Assembly: GCF_009914755.1 (NCBI RefSeq)
Contig: NC_060945.1
Origin: the human T2T-CHM13v2.0 reference genome, Homo sapiens
Length of the DNA: 64,000 nt
Direction: 5' to 3' (one strand)
Part shown: piece after piece, positions 13,063 to 27,260 of the stretch
Numbering within the stretch: the first letter of the stretch is position 1
How the letters are laid out: every line of letters starts with the position of its first letter
Notes under the pieces: model-generated
Told to the model about the DNA's origin: nothing
The model's input: only the letters and a program-made list of their open reading frames with translations
Database searches by the model: none
Position numbers and translations under genes: made by a program

Positions 13063-13283
13063 AGATTCATTCTCTTCCTGATCTCTTTAACTCTCTCTTT
13101 GGTAACCTATAAATGACACATTCTTTATATGGCACCTTATTCTCCCTGACCACTCAGAATTCACAGACAACTTACTAGCTTTTATGGCAATGTGGTTATT
13201 TGTATAAAATCAATACAAATTTGTCCTTTTTATAACCAGGCTATAGTTGAATAAATTGGCTGTGTAAATAAGGTCACACCAGG

Positions 13284-13787
13284 TGTGATGGTTCACATTA
13301 TGTGTCAATTTGACTGGGTGATGGGCCCACATTAAACGTTGTTTCTGGGTGTGTCTGTGAGAGTGTTTCCAGATGAGATGAGCATTTGAATTGGGGGGCC
13401 CAATAAAGAAGATTGCTCTCTCCGCTGTGGTTGGGCATCATCCAGTCCAATCTGTTGAGGGTCTAAGAAGAATGAAAGGTGAAGGAAAGAGGAAGTTGCT
13501 TCTTTTTTTCTGCTTTATTGTTGAACTAGGCCATCTCATCTCATCTTCTACTACCCTCATACTGGGAGTTATACCATCAGCTCCCCTGGTTCTTAGATCT
13601 TCGGACTCAGACTGAATTACACCATCTGCTTTTCTGGGTCTCCAGTTTGCAAATGGCAGGTCATGGGACTTCTCTGTCACCATAATTGAATGAGCCAATT
13701 CCTCAAAATAAATCATATTCCCTCTCTCTTTCTCTGTCTCTCTCTCTCCTATTGGTTTTGTTTCTCTGGAGAATCCTGACTAATATG
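13284..13787 (+). mobile_element. MLT2 (ERVL) solo LTR
   Basis: TGTGATGGTT...gactaatatg termini and a perfect TSD ccagg (13279-13283 / 13788-13792). Confidence 0.9.
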
Positions 13788-14096
13788 CCAGGAATGTATC
13801 TGGTTTATTACAAATAATACAGATCTTATTTAATCAGGTGTAGCAAACCCACCATTAAGGAAAAAGTGCTGTACTTCAAATGTGGAACCAGGATTCAGAA
13901 AGCCCTCTCTGGAAACTGGTCTGTTATTTGTTCTATGATTTATACGATCATAAACTTACAGGTAAAAAGGAAGACAATTTTCTAGTAGACCAGGAAATCT
14001 ATCAGATGTTGGGCACTCAGAGAAATTCACCAAAATGTCTAGGTGCTATAGGAATATTGTGCAGATGCATTTCTTGAATGGAGTTTCTTACCTTTG

Positions 14097-14629
14097 TGTG
14101 GTAGGGTGAATAAATGTCATGCTTTTCCCCATTGTCCATGTTCTAATCACTGGAACCTAGAAGGTAGCAACAGAAGCTACACAGATGGGATCAAGTTAAG
14201 GATCTTAAAGTGGGGAGATCATCCCGGATTATCTGGGTGGGCCTAATGTAACCACAGGGTCCTTATAAAAGGGACCCAGGAAGGGTCAGAGAGACAGAAG
14301 ATGATGTGATGACAGAAATAGAAGACAGAGAGAAAGAGACTGAAAAATTGAAAGATGCTACTTTCAATTGAAAGATTGCTGGCTTTGAGGATGGAGGAAA
14401 GGGTCCATAAGCCAAGGATTACAGGAATCCCTGGACCTTGTGAAAGGCAAGGGAACTGATTTCCCTCTACAGCATCCAGAAAGAATCGGCCTTACCAACA
14501 TCTTGACTTTAGCCCAATGAGACTTGTGTTAGAGTTCTGACTGCCAAAGCAGTAGGAGAATTAATTTGTGTTGCTTTGAACGACAATGCTTGTGGTAATT
14601 CACCTAAAAAGCAATAGGAAACTCAAACA
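14097..14629 (+). mobile_element. MLT1 (MLT1C/D-like) solo LTR
   Basis: tgtggtag... ggattatctgggtgggcctaatgtaaccacagggtccttataaaa ...gcaataggaaactcaaaca. TSD ctttg/ccttg. Confidence 0.85.
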
Positions 14630-16807
14630 CCTTGGAATAAAAAAGCCAGTAAGAGAAAAAAAAAATTCTGGAGAAAGGATTCTGAAAATGCAATGAGAGA
14701 TTTCTTTTGAAATTTTCTTACAGAAGTTAATTTTCTGTCCTTAGTAGCTGCTTGAAACAGCAGCTCTGAATTTGCTACCCATATCCAGAGGCTTCCATGG
14801 TCAATGAACATCTTGCACTGCCCCCATGTAAATTAATCAGGTCTAAGCACAATGACATCAGACTTTTGGTAATATGAATAATCTTTGGAAATTATTTATG
14901 ACACAATAGGGAACTGCTGAGAAAATTATCTAAAACTTGGAAATAAAACAAAAGAACAACGACTGTATTTCGTTTCAAAGTCACATGGGATCATTGCCTA
15001 ACAGGTCCACCCAAGGATGATTTAATCCTCTAGAGGATTGTACTTTTGTTTGTTTTACTATTTTCTATTGTCTAAGGTCAAGACTATGAAATTACATGTG
15101 GACTTAGATATTTTTTGTTCAACAGAGACCTAACTGATGCAAGTCTAGTACAGAAGATGACCTCAAAGGTTATGGTTTTATTGCTTGTTGAACAATAATC
15201 AATTTTGTCTTTAACTCAGATATTCATTTCCATTAGCTTCTCCTGTTGGACTATATAACCACTCTTTCTGTGATTCTTTTTTGAACTAGATTTACCATCC
15301 AGATGGTTCCTTCATTAAGGAGTTAAGTGTATTTTTGGCACATGCTTACATTATGTTTGCATGAGAGTCGTGTTGATAACTTTATAAAATTATATACTGA
15401 CAAATGCAAAGTGGCATAAATGTAATCACATTTGGTCCTTACAGCATCTAGATAAGGTAAGTAGGATGGTCCCCAGTTTATTGAGAGGAAAGAGATCCTA
15501 AAGTTAGTAAGATGTACCCAGAGGGGTTCAGAACCAGTCTATCTCATGTTCTTTTTCTTCACCAAACTGCATTTCCATCAATGAGATGATGTGAAAGAAA
15601 TGAAAGCATGTGGGCTTATTTCTCCATTTTACATCCTAACTCTAGACTTTATATGGGTCATAAGGAGAAAACATTCTCAAGCCCAAAATAAAAGGAGAAA
15701 TAATTTAAAAATTTTCTATCATCACTAAAATCCTGATTTCTCACTCATTTAGTGGCATGTTTGAAGTGTGAGTTGCCCAAGTGGATCCCTCTTGGATCTG
15801 CTGGGTTCCATTTACAAAGACAAAGAGCCTCTGCTCTGGCTTCCAGGATCCTATTTCTCAGTTTCTCTGGTTCACCTAGCATGGAGCAGCTTCTCCTGCA
15901 AGTCAATGTCACAAGGCTAGAATGGGCTGTCTGCAGGAGTAGAAACAAAATAAGCCTTCAGCGTTTTTTGTGCAGTCCTCTTTGCAAGGGGTCTCAGGCC
16001 AACTGGAATTGACACATAGCGTTCTATTTGCCATCAGGGTTTAGAGTAAAAGGGATTTCTAGAAAATGAACCCTTGACCTTTGGCTAGTTTGTTGAAACA
16101 CCTCTAATCTTCTTGCTAGCAATGCCTTTCACAGACCTTCATTGCCTGTCCCATTCTGTTTGTTGACCACTGGATTAAATGGGTCCCAGGACGGTTTTAC
16201 CTTCTAGGATTTCTGTTTTGGATTACTTGTGTGTTTCTGCTCATAGAGTTACCACATTACCATAAGTGTGGGTGACTTTTGCTGACTTCAGATTTAACTG
16301 TGAGACAGTAAAGCATGTTTTAAAGTCCTTTACCTCTAGTCACACAACTCTCCCCACATTGAAACTTCTTGAATATGCCCTACATTCTCTTCCCTTCAGT
16401 ACATTGTCAGTGCATTCATTTCTCACCAACTCAAAATATCTCCTTTTCTAGTATTCTGAGATATCAATGATGCTTGGCTTTTATAAAACACATCACACGG
16501 CAATCCATGATAGAATTACTTTGTGATTTGAAAAGCTGTATGGAAAACAGAAAGATTGAGATAAAACAGGATAATTTAATATAAACAGTAAATTAATATG
16601 TTTCTATTGGCCTCACCAAAAAGAATCACATTGCATTTACAATTTTAAAAATACCGCTAATAGGCTATGCATTGATTTTCACATATTGTTTACAAACAAA
16701 TTTTAGTCATAAACCTGACATTGTAAACAAGACACTTTCAGCATAACAATAGTAATTTAAAATGCTACTTAAATAGCATTTTAATTGCTATCAAGTTTTA
16801 AAGTCTG

Positions 16808-17010
16808 AGCATGACATATTTGGAGAATGACTTTGGAATCAAATGACTGGGGCTTGAATCTTGGCTCTATCTTTGAGTAGCTGGGTGCCTCTTTGCAAGT
16901 TGCTTAACTTCCTCAAGCTTCATTTGCAAAAATTAATAGTCTTTATCTAGTCGTTGTGAAAATGAAAAGAGATAGTGCTTCAAAGCATCTAACACAGGAC
17001 TGTCCGAGTG
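16808..17010 (+). mobile_element. MIR
   Basis: MIR core: ttgaatcttggctct...agctgggtg...gcaagttgcttaacttcctc. Confidence 0.7.
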
Positions 17011-18211
17011 GAAGCCTAACAAAAATCCAGTTCCCTTATGATCTTGACCTACTTAAGATCTCCTCAACTCCCTTACAGATACGTGATTACTCATAGAGCA
17101 GTTTGCAATGAACCCTGCCCTATCTCAGGAATTTCTTTTATGCTGCTTGTCAGTGAAAAACCAACTGCCCTCCTATGTCATCAATAATATAGTGCAGTGG
17201 TTTTTACATTTTAAATGAGCACAAAATCATTGGAACACTGTTTTTAAATAAGTACTTTAGTTAGCTTTAAAAAAGAAGATCCTCACACTACACCATAAGA
17301 ATCACTGGAAAAGGGCTCAAAGCTTGTCAGCTCCATAGATCTTTGTCTGATACTCATGTTTGCTGACCAATCCCACCAGACAACTTCAAGCCAGTTATTA
17401 AGCTTGGGGTCTGATTACAGTTCTGAAGAAGTTTACTCTGATGATTAAGGTATTTATCTATCTATCTATCCATCCACCACCCATATACAGGAAATTAATA
17501 GGTAAATAGTAACACTAATAAAAGTCTTATAAAATTGGGAAAGTGAGCTGTGGCTAGTATGGCCAATGTAGTTTTTAGGAGAAGATGAAAACATTGAGTT
17601 AGTCATTGATGATAAACAAGGTCTGACAAACTGCATATTTGTTTATTTCAGTATAGTTATTGGAATGTTGAAATGCTCTCATCATATGGTTGGGCATGTA
17701 CTTATTGGATCCCATAACCCTATAATCTAGAGGATTTTCAGGCAAAATACAGATTGCTATGGGAAAATGGTTTTTAATATATTGTAGGCAAGGGAGATCT
17801 GCTGAGTCTTTTCAAAGACTGCTTGCCCTGAAAAAAATAGGTTTGCCCCCAAAGATCCTAGTTGTTATAATTATTCTTGGGGTCACCATATCCTCATAGG
17901 TCATTCTCTGGGGATTTAGATAACAACCCCTAGCATGGCCTCAAACCAAGTTTTTTTCCCCCATCGTTTCCTAAATGGAGCACTAGCCTGGTGATAGATT
18001 CCCTGGCACAACCATAGCAATCCAAAGCTCATACATTAATATGGATCTGAAGGAGGCCTGTAAGTACCAGGGCTGTACCCATGGCCCAGGACCTCCTGCA
18101 TCCCGTCAGTCCTGGAGGCATTTACGCTGATCTCTGTGCATTTTCCAGTGTTTCAGCATGGCAACAATAAACAGTAGTTATAACTTGCTTTGTGTTTCAG
18201 ATTCTTCATAA

Positions 18212-18583
<372 letters not shown>

Positions 18584-19167
18584 TAATATACTATTTATGA
18601 CTTTTCCCTGCTGTGCTTTCCACCTCCATCTACTGCCATGTTCTGCCCCAATAGCTACTACACATAAACTTTGTGTTCCAACTATGTAGATGCTTCCCCA
18701 GACTTTGTGCACATAATAATTCACGAATTTGTTCCCAGTACTCTCTCTCCCTAAAAATTCTCTCCCCCAGTAAATTTTTAGAAACCTTACTTGATAGAAA
18801 GCGAGCATCACAAAGGCAGGGATGGGTATCTCTTGTGTACACTAATATATCCCAACAAATAAGGACGGTTCGCAGAACTAGTACATCCTAACTAAGTTCT
18901 TGTTGAATGAGCGATAGAATCTATCAAGGTCAATTCAAATGTCACCTCCTCTCCGAAGCTGTTCCGAACCCTTTTGGATGGAATGCATAGTTTTTTTCTT
19001 TGGGGTTTACTAGTATTTTATTTATTAATATATCATATTATAACCCACATCATAGCAGTCTTGTATTACAGTTTGTTGTGTGCATTTTCCTCCAGATGAT
19101 GATGGCTTCCTTAAGAGCAGGTGTAGTGTGCATTCACCATTTGCCTTCATGGCCCACTATTCCTTTT

Positions 19168-19488
<321 letters not shown>

Positions 19489-21939
19489 TAACAGGAATAG
19501 ATGATACTTAATATAGCTAATTAAGCTGAATTCCGAAGATCTTCCAAGATATATGTAATACTGCTATAATTTCAGAAGATGCAAAAATGATATACTTTAA
19601 TCAGAAATTATTTTGAAACATGAGCCCTTCTCTGTCAAATTTTCCAACGTCAAAGGCTTTTGCGGTTTCACCTGGCTCACAATATAACCTCATTTTGCCC
19701 AACCTCAGTCTCCCGTAACTTTGGATTTCCTGCAAGTAACAAGACTTCAGTGACTCTGGGAAAATCAGTTTACCCCACAGGGCTCCCAAGTCTTCTATAA
19801 CCTAAAGATTTTGAGCAAAGCAATCACTAACAGTACACCTGTTCTATTCTTTCCTCTATTTGGCCTGGAAATTTGCCCCAATTCCCAACAAGGGCTGAAT
19901 CCAGCACCCAACAGCCTTGGGAACCCATCCTGGACCTCTTTGAAAGCTAACACTGCACTTTCGAAAGTTAAATCAGAAAAATGGCCAAAGAAGTATGTCC
20001 TGTTCTCTAGTGAATCAGTTAGACTGTAGTGCTTAGAGACTCTTCTAACATGGAACAAAGTCTCCTTTTTGGCCTCTTCTGCTAGCTCAACTATTTTCAG
20101 ACACAGGAGACTGACTGAACCCATCTCTTGAGGGATACGGTACTCTCTTGTCCATCAAGCAAATACGTTTAGATTTAAAAAAAATAGTAATGTACTTTTT
20201 CTTTCAGCTCTAGGGGTCCTTTATCATTCTTTGACAGGCTTTTATCATTTAAATTCCAAGTGCTCATTTACTTACAACTTCTTAACTAATCCTTTTGCAG
20301 CTGTGCCCATCTGAGCACAAAGACAGGAATAGGGCTTGCCTAAGTAATATCGTGATATTTTAGCAGAATTGCTGAGCAAGCCCTTCAGTTTCGTGTTTCT
20401 ATCATCACATTAAGCAATACTACTTCAACTCAAATACTTTTCAGCATTTATTTCCTCAGGCTGAGGATTCTGGGGCTTCAATTCACTCAGCCTCTCAAGA
20501 ACTTTCAGTCAAGTGAGGAAAAGAGTCAAATAAATCCCGTGGCATTTCATGAAACCGCCTCAAAACTACAAAAGACTTAATTAGACTATGGTTATTTGAC
20601 TTAATGATGTTTTAAAACAATATTCACAAACTGTGAGTGAGAAAAAAAACTGCTTGATGCCATACTTCAAAGATGTCGCTTTCAAAATTGCTTTAAGCAT
20701 GAAGCAACATACATTCTGCCTATTGTAGAATAATTAAGTTGAAATGGTAAAAGTCAGTTGTTTCAATAACATTACAGTTCAATGGAATCATGTTAATTAG
20801 AATAGGTTGGGCTTGTTCTCATTTAGATCCAGCTTAGTTTCATTCTCTCTCTTGGTGTGGAGCAAAATTTGCTATCAGCCATCATTGTATAAAACATTTT
20901 ATAATAAGTAAAAACCAGTGATAAAAGATGGGCTTTGCAGATCTCTAATTAGCAAACTCCCTTGAAAGTATATTAATCAAAATACATTTCCAATTTAATT
21001 TTTAATAGTGTCATTACCAAGGCATTAAAAAGAAACATAAAACACCTTCCAGAGAAGGAAACACACATCCTGGGAGCAATCGAAGAGTTGCTGCCTTTTG
21101 GTGCAGAGAATGCAGCAAGTGAATTTAGTTCTTTTACGGTGTTAAGCCTCATCCTTCAATAACGCTGCTGCAGAAAGTCAGTCTCTTTGTCTTGTGTCAC
21201 ATTTTTTACACCAATCTTGTTGCCATTTAAGTTCTTGCCATGGATTGTTCCCGTGTGCAAGTTTGAGCAATCAGTACTGAATATAAATGATTTTGGAAAC
21301 CGTGTGTAGTGGGAGCTCAACAATCAAAAAGTTAATAAAGTGATGCTCTTAAAAGATGCATGTTATGTGCTGATGCTGTCACCTCTAACAGGACTTCCAC
21401 CCAACCGCCATACATCCCCCAGGTACCCGGGCCCAGTGCCAAGACAGGAGTGTTTTCAGAAGCGCTTGCATCTAAACATTAAAACAGGCTGCTTATTTCC
21501 ATTTAATGGTCAATTCATTAGCATAGGGAATAGAGACCATTTTATATCTGCCATCAATATTTTGCTTAGTATTTTAAAAATGTCACATTGACAGAGGCCT
21601 GGAGTGTGACATCAGATTCAAATATTTTCCTCTGCATCCTTAATGCATTTCAGGCCAAACGGCATGCTGAAGGGCCTTCTGGGCTGCTATTGTATAGACC
21701 AGTGTTGAGGATTTGCAATGGCTTATTTGATTTAGAATATGTTTATTTAAAGTCTGTTTATTCTTTATTGCTCCATGCTCATTTGCATTTGCATATCCTT
21801 TCCATTGTTCTGTGGCATTTGACATGTGATACTACTTATTCTCATTAATCTCTCAGTTCCAGTTTATCACATTGACCCTGACTGAAAGGCTTAGGATGAC
21901 CTAGTGTCCCTTAGTGTCACCTTGATAATCTCTAATTGT

Positions 21940-22140
21940 CCTTCACCTTTCATCTTTGATATTTCTTCCTCCAAGAAGCCTTACCTAAACTTCAGAGACA
22001 GGGTTAGCATTCTTCCTAGGGTTCCCATAGTTTCCTGCAATTATCCCTATTAATGTACACATGGCTGCATGAAATCGATTGCTTACTTGTCTGCTTCTCC
22101 TGATTAACTTTTGATTCACTGAGGGCAGGGCATTCGGGCT
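21940..22140. mobile_element. L2 3' fragment
   Basis: ttcctccaagaagcctt...acttgtctgcttctcc...tgagggcaggg, typical of L2 3' ends. Confidence 0.55.
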
Positions 22141-22706
22141 TCATGAATGCAAATCCAAACCACAATGCGATACCACCTTACTCCCGCAAGAATGGCCATA
22201 ATAAAAAAAATTTAAAAAAGTAGATGGTGGTGTGGATGCAATGTAAAGGGAACACTTCTACACTGCTGGTGGGAACGTAAACTAGTACAACCACTATGGA
22301 AAACAGCGTGGCGATTCCTTAAAGAACTAAAAGCAGAACTACCACTTGATCCAGCAAGCCGACTACTGTATATCTACCCAGAGGAAAATAAGTCATGAAA
22401 CAAAAAAGATACCTGCACATGCATGTTTATAGCAGCACAAATTCACAATTGCAAAAATATGGAAGGAACTCAAATGCCCATCAATCAACGAGTGAATAAA
22501 GAAAGTGTGATATATATATGCACAATGGAATACTACTCAGCCATAAAAAGGAATGAATTAATGGCGTTCACAGCAACCTGGATGAGACTGGAGACTCATT
22601 ATTCTAAAGTGAAGTAACTTAGGAATAGAAAACCAAACAATGTATGTTCTCACTCATAAATGGGAGCTAAGCTCTGAATATGCAAAGCCATAAGAATGAT
22701 ACAAGG

Positions 22707-23307
<601 letters not shown>

Positions 23308-23619
23308 AATAATGATTCAACGGACTTTGGTGACTCAGGGGGAAAAGAGTGGGAAGGGGGTGAGCGGTAAAATACTACAAATTGGGTTCCGTGTATACTA
23401 TTTGAGTGATGGGTGACCAAAATCTCACAAATCACCACTAAATAACTTACTTATGTAACCAAATACCACCTGTTCCCCTAAAACTTATGGAAATAAAAAA
23501 TTGAAAAGTAAAATAAAATTAGGACCTAAGAAAAGGAAAAACTCATATTCAATGATCATACTGTACCACTTGGTGAATTTCTCAGTTAAACACACTGAAC
23601 ATATTTCTTTAATGGAGGC

Positions 23620-23830
23620 ATGATGGTAGAACAGAAGCAGCAACAGAAGCAGCATGGATTTTGGTTTCCCACAGCCCCAGATTCAAATCTACCTGCACCT
23701 TTACCAGGGACAAGTTGATCAAACCAACTGAGGTCTATTTTGCCATTTGTCAAGCAGGAATATAAAAATCTACAGTGCAGGAATGTTGTGAGGATGAGAG
23801 CTAAATATTATTCATATCTAAGCATCAAAG
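23620..23830 (+). mobile_element. MIR
   Basis: gcatggattttgg...gattcaaatct...caagtt...tgttgtgaggat. Confidence 0.55.
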
Positions 23831-24631
23831 GATGACCAAAGATAGTCACGGTTCTCTTTACTCCTGAGAGATTTCCATTAAGTGCAGTGATTGGATTCAA
23901 CCTCTATCCTTAGAGATGCTGTGTCATCTGCAAAGCTTGGCTCCTTATAAAGATGTGCGTGTATAAGGCTAGTATAAAGCCTATGATGTTAAGAAGTTAT
24001 TCGCCAAGTAATTTAGGATGTGTAACTGCATGCATACTAGCTTAAATGTTGACAGGGACCCAGACCATCTTGAATTGGCCAGCAGGTAAAAGCAAGTATC
24101 AGCTCTGCAGTTTTCAAATGTTGGATATTAACTGAGACGTAACAGGTATTTCTTGCCTGAGTGGACTTTTTCTTGCAGCAAATCACTAGGTGATTTCATG
24201 CAAGGTTTACAGCAGTTTTACTGGGATGAGGGCATCTCATGTGAAAGGTTACAAGGCAAGAATAAAATCAGAATTGGCAGCCAATCAAGCAATTTGTTGA
24301 AAGAAATGGCTTGTTTCCACCATGGCCTTTCTTTAAACTTCATTGAAATAGAGGACATGCTGTACCCTTTGAGGGCAAAGCACTTCGTTAGACTTGCTTC
24401 CAGAGAGATCGTCACCTATTTTCATTCTCTTTAGGATAAGCTGGACTTTTCTGAAGTTAAATCTCACTTGTGATTTTCTCTGAGGCTGAGATACCAGCAA
24501 TTTGCCTTGGACCAAAGGAAAAAAAAAAAGCTGTGAGGTGATGTTTTGGGGAAAGACACTGAAGTTAAGTGAAAACCAGGATGTGTTTTACCTTCTTCTC
24601 TAGTCTAAGTTACATAAATGGTATGAAAGTC

Positions 24632-24873
24632 ATATATATATAGATATATATATCTATATATATATAGATATATATATATAGTAATAATATATTATAGTCA
24701 TAAAATATATATCATATGTAGTTATATATATTATTTCCTAGAGCAATGTGTGATATATATCATATATGTAATTAATTCTATATTCTATATATGCTCTCTG
24801 TATATATTATTTATATAATTCTACATATACAGAATTTGGAAAAAAAATATATATCTTATATTGCTCTAGGAAA
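24632..24873. repeat. (TA)n-rich low-complexity tract containing a 27-bp imperfect inverted repeat
   Basis: Arms at 24734-24760 / 24847-24873. Confidence 0.8.
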
Positions 24874-25428
24874 ATAATTTAAAATTTGGAGTATTCTTTC
24901 TTGGCACTACATAACCATAAGCTTTGGAGGACACTGACTAAACCCAATTGTGAATTAATTTAGCCAACAATGTGCCTTCCTAAATTTTAAAAAGAAGAAA
25001 GCCAGCCTTCAAATTAAGAGAAGACAAAATTCTAGTTTCTCAATTGTCAGAAACAGAAAGTAATAACAGTACATTAAAAAATCATTTCTGAATCATAAAT
25101 CTTTGCTCATACACCTGTTGAGAGAAGTCAGGGATGACACATAGGAACTGGTAGGAATTTTCAGTTTCTTCCTAAGAACACTCAAATGTGGCACCTGACA
25201 GAAATCCTGCTATGTAACTAGAAAATTGATATAAATATTCATTGGGCCTGAGGGGTGTGTGTGTGTGTGTGTGGGGAAGACGATCTAAAACCTAAAACTC
25301 TTTGTTTCATTCTCAATTCAAAATGCAGATGGGCAAATTATGCATCTATATAGTCCCAAGCTAAAGATCCAAATTTGCTAATTTCTTACTTTGTAGTAAT
25401 AGTGAACCCTCTTGCTATAAATTCCACA

Positions 25429-25546
25429 TAGTGTGATCATCTAGTTCTGATTTGCCCAGTATTATCTAGATTTTAAAATGGAAGGTCCCATGTCCAGGGG
25501 AGATACTCTCAGTCCCAGGTGAAAACCAGAATCATTTATTACCCTA
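25429..25546. mobile_element. MER81-like hAT (Blackjack) MITE
   Basis: Degenerate TIRs tagtgtgatca ... ttattacccta, internal gtcccatgtccagggg..ctcagtcccagg, length about 118 bp. Confidence 0.6.
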
Positions 25547-25803
25547 CTTCTAGGACAAGACTGGTATGAAATGGTCTTTTTTCCCAGTAAGTAGCCTCAA
25601 AGTATCAGTCAGGGTGTACTAATTTCAGAATCAGTAAAATATAGTGCCCCACAGTATAGATACAACATCCACTTTACACTTGGTAGGTTCCCAGGATCAT
25701 AGCACTACTGGAGAAGGTCACATGGATTCTCTAATTCCTTAAATTTGTAGGCAAATCAATTATTTATAAATAAAATCATATGTGAGGTGTTCTAAGAATA
25801 ACT

Positions 25804-26107
<304 letters not shown>

Positions 26108-26299
26108 TCTAAGAATATTTTCTTGCTCAAAGAATCCTATAGTAAACCTTTTTAAAAAGTAGTTGTTCTTGTATTTTGTTTTGAAAAGCTGAATTGCTAT
26201 TCTGGTCTTGTTTAAGTTGGGAGTACTCTACGTTGGAAGACATGCTTTAGAATAAAATCTACATGGTTGAAATCAGTGTTTCTTCTCCTACCTATAGTA

Positions 26300-26703
26300 G
26301 TCACTATTGGTGTCCTGTCAAATTCTCCTCCACCAGCTTGGTACATTCATGCCCTAGCTACAGGCAGTGTTGGTTATCCCTGGTCTACAAGAGCCTGCTG
26401 GTTCTGAGATGCCAGGGAGATCCTGTCCCAAATTCCCAGAAGGGTGATGACCAATAGCCAATGAATGAGTACTACTGGGGTATGCTAGCCTCCTAGGGGG
26501 ACCATGCACATTTGGATGAAAATTTATGTTCTAAAGGTCCCCTGTGGGATATGGCTAATATTTGATTTCTCCTAGTTTCTTCCTCTGTCTTATCCAACCT
26601 TCCTTACTCCATTACTCATTTCTCCTGAGAGCGCTTCCTCAATAGGTCACTTGCACAAGATTCCCCATCTTAGGCTGTCCCTCTAGGGAAACTGACCTCT
26701 ACT
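26300..26703 (+). mobile_element. LTR16-like (ERVL) LTR
   Basis: 3' end caatag.tcacttgcacaagattccccatcttaggct...ctagggaaactgacct, typical of the LTR16 family. Confidence 0.6.
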
Positions 26704-26899
26704 ATATCTTATGATATGTGAATCCATAATTTACTAAAATTTTATTCCCAACTGGCAAATTTGCTGTTTCTTTGTCTATTCATGGTAATAATTATAATAT
26801 CTTCAAGACAATGTGGAAACTTACTATAAGATCATAAGAAGGAGGATGATGGAAGGTAACAAATTGACTGCCTATCAGACTATATATCATCTCAGTTAT

Positions 26900-27260
26900 T
26901 GTATCAGTCTGTTCTCATCCTGCTAATAAAAACATACCTGAGATTGGGTAATTTATAAAGTAAAGAGGTTTAATGGTCTCGCAGTTCCACATGGCTGGGG
27001 AAGCCTCACAATCATGGCAGAAAATGAAGAAAGAGCAAAGGAACATCTTATATGGCAGCAGGCAAGAGCGAGAGCATGTGCAGGGGAATCCCTCTATAAA
27101 ACCATGAGATCTCATGAGACTTATTCACTATCACAAGAACAGCATGGGAAAGACCCACCCTCATGATTCAATTACCTCTCACAGGGTCCTTCCCATGACA
27201 CATGGGAATTATGGAAACTATAATTCGAGATTTGGGTGGGGACACAGCCAAACCATATCA
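26900..27260 (-). mobile_element. THE1 (THE1B-like) solo LTR, sense to GRIK1
   Basis: tgtatcagtctgttctca...gacacagccaaaccatatca, 361 bp. TSD gttat/gttag. Confidence 0.92.

Larger units (their letters stand above)
10290..15300 (+). mobile_element. Possible old ERV1 (MER4-group-like) internal sequence hosting two later LTR insertions
   Basis: 13900-14060 (gaccaggaaatc...gttgggcactcagagaaattcaccaaaatgtctagg) resembles MER4-group internal sequence as I remember it. Boundaries are uncertain. Confidence 0.35.

Noticed and set aside
16757-16784. 11-bp hairpin ttaaaatgcta/tagcattttaa
   Set aside because: Short, very AT-rich and isolated. It cannot be distinguished from background.
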